Source: Longimicrobiales bacterium
GTDB lineage: Bacteria > Gemmatimonadota > Gemmatimonadetes > Longimicrobiales > Gaopeijiaceae
Length of the DNA: 64,000 nucleotides
Assembly: GCA_965226375.1 (NCBI GenBank)
Contig: CBDDCX010000008.1
Coordinates: 1,120,001-1,184,000, forward strand
Direction of reading: 5' to 3'
The notes beneath the pieces were generated by a model. It was not told the origin of the DNA. It saw nothing but the letters and a program-made list of their open reading frames with translations, and did no database searches. Made by a program: the position numbers and the translations under genes. Position 1 is the stretch's first letter, and each line of letters starts with the position of its first letter. Shown here in pieces: positions 1-10,053 of this stretch.

Positions 1-413
1 TCGCGGTGAACCTCAAGGGCGCCTTCAACATGACAAAGGCTCTCGCCCGGTCCATGATGAAGCGGCGGGGTGGCGTGATCCTCAACATCACGTCGGTAGT
101 CGGCATTACCGGAAACGCCGGCCAGGCCAACTACGCGGCGTCCAAGGCGGGGCTGATCGGCTTTACCAAGAGCATTGCCAAAGAGCTGGCTTCCAGGGCG
201 GTGCGATGCAACGCCATTGCCCCGGGTTTCATCACGACCGACATGACAGCCGAGCTTCCCGAGGCGACCGTGGAACAGCTCTATTCCATGATCCCTCTGG
301 GTCACTTGGGCGAGCCGTCCGACGTGGCCGGACTCGTGCGCTTTCTCGCCGGACCTGCTGCCCGCTACATTACCGGCCAGGTCATTTCGGTGGACGGCGG
401 GATGGCGATGTGA
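1..413 (+). CDS. fabG: 3-oxoacyl-ACP reductase, 5'-truncated by window edge
   Basis: SDR motifs [14 protein letters not shown] and [13 protein letters not shown]; directly upstream of acpP-fabF. Confidence 0.93.
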   Translation, partial: AVNLKGAFNMTKALARSMMKRRGGVILNITSVVGITGNAGQANYAASKAGLIGFTKSIAKELASRAVRCNAIAPGFITTDMTAELPEATVEQLYSMIPLGHLGEPSDVAGLVRFLAGPAARYITGQVISVDGGMAM

Positions 414-479
414 GATAGACCTACCCCCGAGAATTCATCGTTACCGATAGCAGCAAGAAATCACCCGTATGGAGGTACC

Positions 480-719
480 ATGGCTGACAACACGGCATCG
501 AAGGTCAAAGAAATCATCATCAACGAGCTGGGCGTCAACCCGGAAAAGGTCACAGGAGAGGCGTCGTTCGTGGATGACCTCGGAGCCGATTCCCTGGACA
601 CGGTTGAGCTCGTGATGGCCTTCGAAGAAGAGTTCACCATCGACATCCCCGACGAAGACGCGGAGCAGATGAGGACCGTTGGGGACGCCGTCGCTTATAT
701 CGAGAAGCATTCTGAGTAG
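480..719 (+). CDS. acpP: Acyl carrier protein
   Basis: 79 aa acidic protein with [29 protein letters not shown]. Confidence 0.97.
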   Translation: MADNTASKVKEIIINELGVNPEKVTGEASFVDDLGADSLDTVELVMAFEEEFTIDIPDEDAEQMRTVGDAVAYIEKHSE

Positions 720-752
720 TCACTCCCGCATGCTTCGGCTGGGCACTCCATC

Positions 753-2021
753 ATGACACCACCCACCGAGGGCCGGAGAGTCGTTATCACTGGCCTCGGT
801 GCGGTCACGCCTCTGGGCAACGATGTGGGGTCCACGTGGGATGCCCTCTTGGCCGGCAAGAGCGGGGGCGCCCCGATCACGCGATTCGAGACCACCGACG
901 AATTCCCGACTCGATTCGCCTGTGAGGTAAAGGACTTCGATGCGTCCCACCTCCTGGAGCCGAAGGAGGTTCGACGCTTCGACCGCTTCGCCCAATTTGG
1001 AATCGTCGTGGCCGACGAGGCTATGAAGTGGGCGGGACTGGACATCGAGGCAGACGGTATCCAGCCCGAGCGTTTCGGCGTGATCTTCGGCAGCGGAATC
1101 GGTGGCATATCCACGCTTGAAGCTCAGCACGACATCATCAGGGAGAAGGGCCCGAAATGGGTGAGCCCGTTCTTTATTCCGATGTTCATACCCGACATTG
1201 CCGCCGGCCTCATTTCCATTCGATACGGGGCCAAGGGCGCGAACTACGCGACGGTTTCGGCATGTGCCTCGAGCGCACACGCGATCGGTGATGCCACCAG
1301 GTTCATACAGCGGGGCGACGCGGACGTGATGATCGCGGGTGGCGCCGAGGCCACGCTCACTCCCCTGGCGGTGTCCGGGTTCGCCAACATGAAGGCGTTA
1401 TCAACCCGCAACGACGACCCGGAGGGCGCTTCTCGACCTTTTGATGCCGGGCGGGACGGTTTCGTGATCGGCGAGGGCGCCGGATGTGTGCTCCTCGAAG
1501 CACTCGAGACCGCGGTGGGCAGGGGCGCGTCCATTGTGGCTGAGGTTGTCGGGTATGGTGTGTCCGCAGATGCCTACCACATAACCATGCCCGCTCCGGA
1601 GGGGGCAGGGGCTCAGTATGCCATGCGCATGGCTCTCGAGGACGCCGGTCTGGAACCATCGGACGTGGACTATATCAACGCCCACGGAACGTCGACTCTG
1701 GCCAATGATCGGAACGAAACGGCAGCCATCAAAGAGGTGCTGGGCGCCGCCGCGTACTCCGTCGTCGTGAGCTCGACCAAGTCCATGACGGGGCACCTTC
1801 TCGGAGCGGCCGGTGGCGTGGAAGCGGTGATCTGCGCCCTCGTGTGCCAGCATAATCTGATCCCGCCGACCATCAACTACTCCGATCCGGACCCGGACTG
1901 CGATCTCGACTACGCCCAACATGGGGTCGTGGAACGAGACGTGTCCGTGGCCCTCTCCAACTCGTTCGGATTCGGAGGACACAACGTCTGCCTGGCCATC
2001 CGGGCCTGGAACGGGGAGTAG
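753..2021 (+). CDS. fabF: Beta-ketoacyl-ACP synthase II
   Basis: RRVVITGLGAVTPLG, SACASSAHAIG, INAHGTST, KSMTGHLLGAAG, SNSFGFGG. Confidence 0.96.
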   Translation: MTPPTEGRRVVITGLGAVTPLGNDVGSTWDALLAGKSGGAPITRFETTDEFPTRFACEVKDFDASHLLEPKEVRRFDRFAQFGIVVADEAMKWAGLDIEADGIQPERFGVIFGSGIGGISTLEAQHDIIREKGPKWVSPFFIPMFIPDIAAGLISIRYGAKGANYATVSACASSAHAIGDATRFIQRGDADVMIAGGAEATLTPLAVSGFANMKALSTRNDDPEGASRPFDAGRDGFVIGEGAGCVLLEALETAVGRGASIVAEVVGYGVSADAYHITMPAPEGAGAQYAMRMALEDAGLEPSDVDYINAHGTSTLANDRNETAAIKEVLGAAAYSVVVSSTKSMTGHLLGAAGGVEAVICALVCQHNLIPPTINYSDPDPDCDLDYAQHGVVERDVSVALSNSFGFGGHNVCLAIRAWNGE

Positions 2022-2056
2022 ACCCACCCGCAGTTGGTAGATCGGACGGAAACGCC

Positions 2057-2569
2057 ATGAGGATCGGGTTCGGATACGACTCGCACCGCTTCGACTCGAC
2101 TCGTCCGTTGATGTTGGGTGGAGTCGAAATTCCGGAGCACCCCGGGCTGGCCGGCCATTCCGATGGTGACGCCGTGGCCCACGCGATCGTGGACGCGCTC
2201 CTGGGAGCGGCGGCGGCCGCTGATGTGGGACGCCTTTTCCCTCCGGGTGATGCACAGTGGAAGGATGTCGATTCCATGGACCTTCTGGCCCGAGCCGTCG
2301 TGGTTGTCGAAGAACTCGGTTATCTCGTCTCCAATGTGGACGTCACGGTCATCTGCGAGCATCCCAAGATGTCCGATCACTCGGACTCGATGCGACAACG
2401 ACTCGGGCAGGTGCTCGGGCTTGGGACCGACGCCGTCTCGATCAAGGGTAAGACCGACGAAGGCATGGGATGGATCGGGTCCGGCGAGGGACTGGCGGTC
2501 CACGCAGTGGCTCTGCTCACCACCGCCGAGGAGAACTCCCCGCCGACGCATGACCCTCGCGCCTCCTGA
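2057..2569 (+). CDS. ispF: 2-C-methyl-D-erythritol 2,4-cyclodiphosphate synthase
   Basis: MRIGFGYDSHRF, GHSDGDAVAHAIVDALLGA, VSIKGKT. Confidence 0.95.
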   Translation: MRIGFGYDSHRFDSTRPLMLGGVEIPEHPGLAGHSDGDAVAHAIVDALLGAAAAADVGRLFPPGDAQWKDVDSMDLLARAVVVVEELGYLVSNVDVTVICEHPKMSDHSDSMRQRLGQVLGLGTDAVSIKGKTDEGMGWIGSGEGLAVHAVALLTTAEENSPPTHDPRAS

Positions 2570-2617
2570 GACGACCCCCGGTACTCCTTCAACAGCCTTC
2601 TGAGCATCTTTGATCAA

Positions 2618-3280
2618 GTGGACCAGATCCTAGGCCTCCTGAGCGAAAGTTCTCCCCTTCTCATCTATGTGCTGCTCGGGGTCGGGGCCGCCATCGAAAA
2701 CATCATTCCCCCTATTCCGGCGGACACCTTCGTTCTCCTGGGGGGATTCCTCGCCGCCCGGGGCCACGCCAGTGAAGGCGTAGTGTTCTTGGTGACCTGG
2801 ACCTCCAACGTGCTCTCCGCCCTGGCGGTGTATGCCGCCGGATACCGGTACGGTTCTTCGTTCTTTCGGACACGCCTCGGGCGTTACGTGCTCGATCCCG
2901 ACCAGCTGCAGACGTTGCGCCGGTTCTATCGACGCTGGGGGACCAAGGCCATCTTCTACACGCGTTTCCTGCCCGGCCTGAGAGCCGTCGTGCCGGTCTT
3001 TGCAGGTGTGTCGCATCAGAAGCCACTGCTTGTGGCGTTTCCCATCATGACAGCCTCGGCCATCTGGTATGGTGTCATCGTGTGGGCAGGGGCCTTTGCG
3101 GGTCACAATCTCGAACGAGTCCTGGCGCTGCAGTCCCGCGTGAACCTGACTCTAGCGGCCATCGCGATCCTCTTGGTCGGGCCGGTCGCCTTGTGGTGGT
3201 TCCGATCCCGAAAGAGACGGGGCCGCGAGGCCACCCCGGATGCGGACGTCGCCGCATCCCGCGGACGGGAAGAAGACTGA
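2618..3280 (+). CDS. DedA family membrane protein
   Basis: ENIIPPIPAD and RFLPGLR motifs, several hydrophobic helices. Confidence 0.85.
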   Translation: MDQILGLLSESSPLLIYVLLGVGAAIENIIPPIPADTFVLLGGFLAARGHASEGVVFLVTWTSNVLSALAVYAAGYRYGSSFFRTRLGRYVLDPDQLQTLRRFYRRWGTKAIFYTRFLPGLRAVVPVFAGVSHQKPLLVAFPIMTASAIWYGVIVWAGAFAGHNLERVLALQSRVNLTLAAIAILLVGPVALWWFRSRKRRGREATPDADVAASRGREED

Positions 3281-3282
3281 CC

Positions 3283-4182
3283 TTGGATCCAGGCGGTGCC
3301 TTCCGAGTCGAGCAGTACCTAGACCACCTCAACTTCGAGCGAGGGCTGTCTCCACGAACGGTAGACGCGTACCGACGAGATCTCCTCCGGTTCGTGGAGT
3401 TCGTGGGCGAAGAGGGGCGGAGCAGTCCGGAGAATGTCATGCCCTCCGACGTTCGCAGCTACATGTTGCACCTCAGTGGGTTGGGTCTGGCTCCCACCTC
3501 TGTACGCCGGGCGCAGTCGGCTCTTCGCACCTACTTCAGATTCCTGGTCGAGGAAGGGGTCTCGGACCAGGACCCCACAGAAGGGCTCGAGAGCCCGAGG
3601 GTGGGTCGTCCGCTGCCCGATGTTCTCAACTCGCGCGAAATTCTGGGGCTCCTGGAGGCGCCCCGTCTCGACTCTCCTGTCTACTGGCGGGACAAGGCCA
3701 TCCTCGAGGTGCTGTATGCTACAGGCGTGCGTGTTTCGGAGCTCATCGGCCTGAAGATCACCAACGTCGATCTCGATCTCGGACTTTGCACCGTATGGGG
3801 AAAGGGGGCCAAGGAGCGCATCGTGCCGTTGGGAGGGCCGGCTCGGGTGGCCCTGCACCGTTTTCTACAGGACGTGCGGCCAGAGCTGGACCGGGGATCG
3901 AGTGGCGGTCACGTGTTCCTAAACAGGAAGGGTGGGCCACTCTCTCGAACGGCGATCTGGAATCTTGTGCGAGAGGCGGCGCGCGCCGCAGGCCTCAGCA
4001 AAAAGGTCTCCCCGCACACCCTGCGCCACACCTTCGCGACCCATCTTCTGGAGGGGGGTGCCGACCTTGTGGCGGTGCAGGAGCTACTAGGTCACGCCGA
4101 CATCTCGACCACTCAGATCTACACACATGTGGATCGAGAATACCTACGGGGTGTGCACAAGAAATATCATCCCAGGTCCTGA
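3283..4182 (+). CDS. xerD: Site-specific tyrosine recombinase XerD (start approximate, TTG)
   Basis: ERGLSPRTVDAYRRDL N-terminus, LYATGVRVSEL, GKGAKERIVP, SPHTLRHTFATHLLEGGADL, LGHADISTTQIYTHV, ends HPRS. Confidence 0.88.
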   Translation: MDPGGAFRVEQYLDHLNFERGLSPRTVDAYRRDLLRFVEFVGEEGRSSPENVMPSDVRSYMLHLSGLGLAPTSVRRAQSALRTYFRFLVEEGVSDQDPTEGLESPRVGRPLPDVLNSREILGLLEAPRLDSPVYWRDKAILEVLYATGVRVSELIGLKITNVDLDLGLCTVWGKGAKERIVPLGGPARVALHRFLQDVRPELDRGSSGGHVFLNRKGGPLSRTAIWNLVREAARAAGLSKKVSPHTLRHTFATHLLEGGADLVAVQELLGHADISTTQIYTHVDREYLRGVHKKYHPRS

Positions 4183-4204
4183 CCGCACATCACCGTCGCA
4201 CCGT

Positions 4205-5824
4205 CTACCGGCTCCGCGAGTCTTCCTCGTCCTTGTCCCCCTTCAGGCCGGCTGCGGCCGTGAAGAGCTCGGACTGCGTGCTGGCGTCACCCAGGAGTCG
4301 AATGGCTTCGGCGAGCACTGGATCGCGCTCAGAGCGAATCTCCATGGAGCGACCCATCTGCTCCATGCGCTCGGCGACGCGTGCGGATACGCGCCACTCC
4401 AGGTAGTCACCGATCACCTGACTTTCGACGTATCGTGCTTCTACGCCTTCTTCCGAGAGTGCGTCGAGGAACGCCTCGAAATCACTCGGATCGACTCCGG
4501 GCGCCTCGCCGGTGTTGCGGCGGGAGTCGGCCTGGGAGAACGCAAATTCCTCGATGCGTAACACGAGGGGAACTTGATCCCGGGCCGCCTGAGACAGAAA
4601 CTCCCGCTCGATCAGGGTCAGAGTGTCGTTGGCGATCTCGAGATCGGGAAAAATTCCGCCGCCCGCCACCAGGTTACGACCAGACTTGGTCGTAACCACA
4701 GGAAACGTATCCGGATCCTCGGGAAGGGGCCGCCCCTGTGCCGTCCTGGGCCGGTGAAGAGATCGCCCCAACGGCGTGAACCACTCGCCGGTGGTAAGGC
4801 GCAAGTGCCGCGTTTCCGTCAGGCGAAACACATTCTGGAATATGCCCTTGCCGAATGTTCGCTCACCGATCACGAGGGCCCGATCGTGATCCTGGAGCGC
4901 CCCCGCTACGATTTCTGCCGCGGAGGCGGAGTAGCGATCGACGAGCACGATGACCGGCTTGTTCGGAAACATGTCCGGCATCCGAGCATCCCAGGTCTCG
5001 TCCTGATTGCGGCCGGCCTCACCGGGAACACGGCTCTCTGCGCTGGCGAGCCGAAGGCCCCGGTCGAGGAACAGGTCGCCGATCATCAGCGACTCGTCCA
5101 GATACCCGCCCGGATTGCCCCTCAGGTCGAGGATCACTCCCTTGGCCGAACGGAACTTCACCAGGGCAGAATCCACTTCCTGAGACGCCGCACGAGCCAC
5201 CCGGTCGAGCCCGATGTACCCCACTTCGTCACCGACAATACCGGACACCACGGCCGAGACGTGTACGCTGTCTCGCCGAATGGTGGGGTTCAGGGCGGCC
5301 ATGAGGCCCTCCCTGGCGATCGCGAGCCTTACGGGCGTGCCCACCGGGCCGCGGATGGAGTCCGAGGCCTGCCCGGTGCTCCAGCCTTCGGTGCTCTGAT
5401 CGTTCACCCCGATGATCAGGTCTCCGACCTGGATGCCGGACCGTTCCGCCGGCGTTCCCCTGAAGACCGCAGTGATGGTGATGGCTTCATTGAGATTCGT
5501 GATCTGTACACCGATGCCGGCGTAGTTCCCGGTGTTGTCTTCCTGGAACTGATCGAACTGCTCCGGGGTGAAGACCTGGGCGTACGGGTCGGCCAGCTCA
5601 CGAATCAGGCCTTCCACGGCCCGGTCCCACAGAGCCGAGTCGCCCACAGCCTGCAGCCCGTAGTCACGAATGGCCTGGAAGGCACCCAGGAACGTCTGAG
5701 CCCCACTGGAGACGGATGGCAGCGCATTGTCTCGCACCGACCCATTGGTTCCGGCGGTTTGGCCGGCTACGGGCGCGACTACGAGAACGGCCGACAGCAG
5801 GCCGATGAGCGTCTTCCGAGTCAT
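4205..5824 (-). CDS. S41 family C-terminal processing peptidase (PDZ + S41), signal peptide
   Basis: DLRGNPGG, SASAAEIVAGALQDHDRA, GERTFGKG; start placed at MTRKTLIG. Confidence 0.9.
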   Translation of the reverse strand: MTRKTLIGLLSAVLVVAPVAGQTAGTNGSVRDNALPSVSSGAQTFLGAFQAIRDYGLQAVGDSALWDRAVEGLIRELADPYAQVFTPEQFDQFQEDNTGNYAGIGVQITNLNEAITITAVFRGTPAERSGIQVGDLIIGVNDQSTEGWSTGQASDSIRGPVGTPVRLAIAREGLMAALNPTIRRDSVHVSAVVSGIVGDEVGYIGLDRVARAASQEVDSALVKFRSAKGVILDLRGNPGGYLDESLMIGDLFLDRGLRLASAESRVPGEAGRNQDETWDARMPDMFPNKPVIVLVDRYSASAAEIVAGALQDHDRALVIGERTFGKGIFQNVFRLTETRHLRLTTGEWFTPLGRSLHRPRTAQGRPLPEDPDTFPVVTTKSGRNLVAGGGIFPDLEIANDTLTLIEREFLSQAARDQVPLVLRIEEFAFSQADSRRNTGEAPGVDPSDFEAFLDALSEEGVEARYVESQVIGDYLEWRVSARVAERMEQMGRSMEIRSERDPVLAEAIRLLGDASTQSELFTAAAGLKGDKDEEDSRSR

Positions 5825-5982
5825 CAATTCTCTCTCAGTGGATGCGATGTATTCGGGCCGGGTTTCTAACCCCAAGCCGTAGGCCCGCGTTCCCTCTTGA
5901 AGATAGGGCTACGACTTAGACGCCGGACTCCTTACTTTTGCCAAAACACCTTTCCCCGTCGACGTCCTGGGAGACGCCGCCG

Positions 5983-7791
5983 ATGACACGACCGAACCAA
6001 CGAACCCACCTCAGGGTGGGGCTGGCCCAACTCAAGCCGAAGAAGGCGGCCGTCGAGGCCAATCTGGCCGGCATCCGTCGGGTTATGGACTCCCACGCCG
6101 GTGCGGTCGATGTGCTTGTATTTCCCGAGGCCGCCTTGAGTGGTTACTTCCTCGAGGGGGGGGTGGCGGAGGCCGCACGGTCTGCCGGCGAGGTAGCCGA
6201 GGGCCTCGGTGACGCGAGTCCGGACGCTGCGGACGTGGTTCTCGGGTTCTACGAGAGACACAACCGAAAGCTCTACAACAGCGTAGCGTACTTCACCCCT
6301 GGCAAGGCCGGTTACGAACCGGTGCATGTCCATCGCAAGATGTTCGTACCCACCTACGGCGTGTTCGACGAGGCTCGCTTTGTCGAAGCCGGACGGGATG
6401 TACGCGCTTTCGATACCCGGCTCGGGCGGGTGGGCATGCTGGTTTGCGAGGAAATGTGGCACTCGTTACCGACGGCGATTCTCGCACTGGGTGGCGCGGA
6501 GCTGATCATCGGCGTCAGCGCCTCGCCCGCCCGAGATTTCACGCCCAGCCGCGAGGGACGACCAGACAACCTTCGGCGATGGGACGCCCTGGCCCCGGCC
6601 ATCGCCCTCGAGCACGGCGTGTTTGTGGTCGTGAGTCAGCTCGTGGGATCAGAAGGCGGAAAGGTTTTTCCGGGAGGATCTCTGGCGGTGGGACCGGAGG
6701 GCGAAGTGTTGGCGCGAGGACCGCTTCTGGAGGAGGGCGTCACCGTGGCGTCCCTCGAGTCGGCGGCGATTGACCGAGCCCGAGTGAAGTCGCCTTTACT
6801 GGCGGACCTCGAACACGCGTTGCCGCATCTTCAGAGGGCCCTCGGCCGTTCTCAAGAACCCGAAGTGACCATCGGAGAGGCTGCAGAGGAACCTGTTGGA
6901 GCCCCGGTGGGAGAGGCTCCAGCACTGGAACACTCCGGGATTGCGGCGCACCCGCCTGTCAGCCCAGACGACACGTCTGTGCTCGATCTCGACGTGGCGC
7001 TCGTGGAGCGAGTGCTCATCGAGTTTGTTCGCGAGGAAGTCGTCCGCCACCGGGGATTCGAGAAGGTCGTCATCGGACTCTCCGGGGGAGTGGACTCCGC
7101 CGTCTCCCTTTCTCTTGCAGTGCGGGCGCTCGGAGCGGAGAACGTGGTGGGATTTCGGTTGCCCTACGCCACCTCGAGCCAGGAGAGCCTGGATCACGCG
7201 GCCCTCATGCTCGAGACCGTGGGGGCGGAGGGTCGCACCATCGAGATCACAGGTACGGTGGACGCCTACGTGGACGAGTACGAACCCGCCGTTTCGCCCC
7301 TTCGGAGGGGGAACCTGGCGGCCCGTATCCGGTCGGTCATCCTCTTCGACCAGTCGGCCAAGCTACAGGCGCTGCCCTTGGGTACGGGCAACAAGTCGGA
7401 GCGGCTGCTGGGCTACTACACCTGGCACGCCGACGATTCACCCCCCATCAACCCGCTGGGTGATCTGTTCAAGACTCAGGTCTGGGCCCTGGCGCGTCAT
7501 CTCGGTGTGCCCGACGTCATCGTCGACAAGCCGGCCTCCGCCGATCTGGTTCGAGGTGTACACGACGAGGACGAGTTGGGCATTTCCTACCATCGTGCGG
7601 ACCCGATTCTGCACTGGCTACTCAAGGGATACCGCCCTGACGAACTGAAGAAGCACGGGTTCGTCGAGGAGGATGTCGACCGGGTATGGCAGCTCCTCTC
7701 GTCGACCCACTGGAAGAGGGAGTTGCCGACGGTGGCGATGCTCTCCTCCAGCGCCATCGGTGAGTTCTACCTCCGGCCGGTGGACTACTAG
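5983..7791 (+). CDS. nadE: Glutamine-dependent NAD+ synthetase (CN-hydrolase + synthetase)
   Basis: N-terminal FPE / HRK..PTY / VCEEMW triad; C-terminal GLSGGVDS, GTGNKSE, PLGDLFKTQV, KPASADL. Confidence 0.9.
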   Translation: MTRPNQRTHLRVGLAQLKPKKAAVEANLAGIRRVMDSHAGAVDVLVFPEAALSGYFLEGGVAEAARSAGEVAEGLGDASPDAADVVLGFYERHNRKLYNSVAYFTPGKAGYEPVHVHRKMFVPTYGVFDEARFVEAGRDVRAFDTRLGRVGMLVCEEMWHSLPTAILALGGAELIIGVSASPARDFTPSREGRPDNLRRWDALAPAIALEHGVFVVVSQLVGSEGGKVFPGGSLAVGPEGEVLARGPLLEEGVTVASLESAAIDRARVKSPLLADLEHALPHLQRALGRSQEPEVTIGEAAEEPVGAPVGEAPALEHSGIAAHPPVSPDDTSVLDLDVALVERVLIEFVREEVVRHRGFEKVVIGLSGGVDSAVSLSLAVRALGAENVVGFRLPYATSSQESLDHAALMLETVGAEGRTIEITGTVDAYVDEYEPAVSPLRRGNLAARIRSVILFDQSAKLQALPLGTGNKSERLLGYYTWHADDSPPINPLGDLFKTQVWALARHLGVPDVIVDKPASADLVRGVHDEDELGISYHRADPILHWLLKGYRPDELKKHGFVEEDVDRVWQLLSSTHWKRELPTVAMLSSSAIGEFYLRPVDY

Positions 7792-7816
7792 AGGCCCAGG
7801 GCGGCTCAGGTAGGGC

Positions 7817-8845
7817 TCAGGCTCCGATCACCTTTCGCCGCAGGTTTTCCAGAACGGGCAGGGGAGTCAGCTCACCGTCGATGATGGACGCCAACTCCTC
7901 CTCCTCGAGCCAGTGAGCCTCCAACTCCGACAACTCGAGCTCCAGAAGACGCTGCTCTATCGCCTCGTTGGCAGCGATTTCGAGCGCGATGGCTCCGGTC
8001 CTCTGCAAGTCACCCAACCGACGTCCCTCTTTGATCACGATACGCGTCAGGTCGTGAGGGCTCCCTGCCTCCTGAATCAGCCGAGTGGCGGAACGCACGC
8101 GGCTCTCGGTGGCCCCCGCATGGTGATGGTACGCCAATAGGCGCCTGGTGGTGTGCTCGCCTTCTCTACCCTCGAGTCGGAGGCCTCCTTCGCGAAGATC
8201 TCCACAGACCGGACAGCGCTGAGTCACCGCGAGCGAATCTCCAGGATCGCCGCCGGAGGTCAGGATCAGGTGCCTCCGGTCCCGAAACGCCAGCGAGCGG
8301 AACTGGTGTCCGCAGTGTGCACAGGAGTGCCGACCGCGCCACGCATTGCTTCCGAAACGAAGCCAGCGAGCGGCCTCGGCGACCTTGTCTGGTGCGTTTT
8401 CCCAAAGGAACCAGGCACCCAGCCATCCGATGCCCCCCGTAGCCCAACCGCCGGCGATGGCCGCCCCGGCCGCTGCCGTACCCATGAACATGAGCTTCTT
8501 ATGCGTGGTGGCGCGCTCGGTAAGCTCTCTGCCGTACCGCCACCACGCTTCTTCGGTAAGATTGGCGCGACCCACGCGGACCACATCGAGGTTTCCGGAT
8601 CGGAGCAGCGCTACGTTGTCGGTTTGGGAGAGAAGTCGGGAGCGGTCGGTCACCACCTTCTCGAGTTCTTCGAGGGCCTCCCAGCGGTCTTCGATAGGAG
8701 CCAGGGACCAACGTTTGCAGGACTTACAGACGGCCCAGAGACGTCCCCGCTCGGGGTCGTACGCCACCCGTGTGGATGTGGGGAAGTGCTCTAACTCCTC
8801 ATTCGCGGGAAAGGGCGTGTGACAGACCAGACAGTGGGTGAACAG
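7817..8845 (-). CDS. Conserved hypothetical protein with four CxxC pairs and one hydrophobic segment; probable CTG start
   Basis: ORF extends in frame upstream of 8767 to CTG at 8845 (LFTHCLVCH...) after a GGAG; CxxC at CLVC, CKSC, CAHC, CPVC. Confidence 0.65.
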   Translation of the reverse strand: MFTHCLVCHTPFPANEELEHFPTSTRVAYDPERGRLWAVCKSCKRWSLAPIEDRWEALEELEKVVTDRSRLLSQTDNVALLRSGNLDVVRVGRANLTEEAWWRYGRELTERATTHKKLMFMGTAAAGAAIAGGWATGGIGWLGAWFLWENAPDKVAEAARWLRFGSNAWRGRHSCAHCGHQFRSLAFRDRRHLILTSGGDPGDSLAVTQRCPVCGDLREGGLRLEGREGEHTTRRLLAYHHHAGATESRVRSATRLIQEAGSPHDLTRIVIKEGRRLGDLQRTGAIALEIAANEAIEQRLLELELSELEAHWLEEEELASIIDGELTPLPVLENLRRKVIGA

Positions 8846-8949
8846 ATGAGGGCTCCGTAGACCGAAGTGAGGGGTATCGTCGATACACCGATCGCCGTAC
8901 CCAGGTTACGGGTCTACCGGCCACTCTCTTCTGAAACAGGCGAACGCTC

Positions 8950-9528
8950 ATGCTCCTGGTTCTCGACAACTACGACTCCTTCACCTTCAACCTGGTCCAA
9001 TACCTTGGGGAGCTCGGAGCCGATGTCGTCGTGGTTCGAAACGACGAACGGTCGGTCGAGGAGATCATCCACCTCGCTCCGGATCGTGTGGTGGTATCCC
9101 CGGGTCCCTGCACCCCACAGGAGGCTGGGGTGAGCATCGAGTTGTTTCGTTCCCTGGGGTCGTCCACTCCCATGCTCGGAGTTTGCCTCGGCCACCAGGC
9201 CCTGGGAGAAGCGTTCGGCGGACGTACCGTCCGGGCCGAGCGGGTCATGCACGGTAAGACGGCGCCGGTCAGGCACACAGGTGAAGGAATCTTCACCGAC
9301 ATCCCCTCTCCCTTTGTCGTGGCCAGATATCACTCGCTCGTAACGGACGTCGTCGCTCTACCCGACACACTCACGCCCGTGGCCTGGAGCGGCGTCGACG
9401 AGGGTGATTCATCTGAAATTCAAGCTATTCGGCACCGAGAGCACCCGCTCTGGGGAGTCCAGTTCCATCCAGAGTCGCTGTTCTCAGAACACGGCAAGAC
9501 ACTACTAGCCAACTTCTTGGCGCTCTAG
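8950..9528 (+). CDS. Anthranilate/aminodeoxychorismate synthase component II (TrpG/PabA-type glutamine amidotransferase)
   Basis: DNYDSFTFNLVQYL, SPGPCTP, GVCLGHQ, RYHSL, GVQFHPES. Confidence 0.95.
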   Translation: MLLVLDNYDSFTFNLVQYLGELGADVVVVRNDERSVEEIIHLAPDRVVVSPGPCTPQEAGVSIELFRSLGSSTPMLGVCLGHQALGEAFGGRTVRAERVMHGKTAPVRHTGEGIFTDIPSPFVVARYHSLVTDVVALPDTLTPVAWSGVDEGDSSEIQAIRHREHPLWGVQFHPESLFSEHGKTLLANFLAL

Positions 9529-9603
9529 AACCCTCTCTGCCAACGTACGTGAGACACGGAGCACGCAAAGAATTAGAGTAGGGCGAAGGCAGAGAAAACG
9601 AAC

Positions 9604-10053
9604 ATGTTGGGACTGCGAGAGAGAATGGCAGAGAATGGTAGTGCCCCTGGAACCGGGGAGGCCAAGCGAAGCGCGGCAGCTCCTGCGGACCCGGAGGTAG
9701 TAGATAGGCCGCTACGGCGGCGGTTCAGTCCGTCGTACAAGCTGCGGATCGTCGAAGAAGCGGACCGGTGCACCGAGCCCGGCGAGGTGGGTCAAGTCCT
9801 GCGGCGAGAGGGCCTGTACTCGTCGCACCTGACGACGTGGCGCAAGGCGGCGCATAGCGGGTCGCTGAAGGCCCTGTCGAAGAAACGCGGCCGCAAGCCG
9901 GAGCGAAATCCGCTGGATGAGAAGGTACGCAAGCTGGAGCGGCGAAACGCACGGCTCGGGAATGAGCTCAGGAAGGCACACCTGATCATCGACGTGCAGG
10001 GAAAAGTTGCGGGGCTGCTGGGGATAAGCCTCGACGACGGGACAAACTCTTGA
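9604..10053 (+). CDS. IS3 transposase OrfA (HTH)
   Basis: RRRFSPSYKLRIV..LRREGLYSSHLTTWR, coiled-coil tail; start may be 9625. Confidence 0.88.
   Translation: MLGLRERMAENGSAPGTGEAKRSAAAPADPEVVDRPLRRRFSPSYKLRIVEEADRCTEPGEVGQVLRREGLYSSHLTTWRKAAHSGSLKALSKKRGRKPERNPLDEKVRKLERRNARLGNELRKAHLIIDVQGKVAGLLGISLDDGTNS

Noticed and set aside
3283..4182. Tyrosine recombinase as a prophage/island integrase
   Set aside because: Has XerD signatures, sits among housekeeping genes and has no att sites or cargo nearby.
3240..5869. Long alternative-frame and antisense ORFs (e.g. 3240-4406, 4574-5869; also 62518-63894)
   Set aside because: Shadows of real genes expected in high-GC DNA; Arg/Pro/Gly-rich with no motifs.
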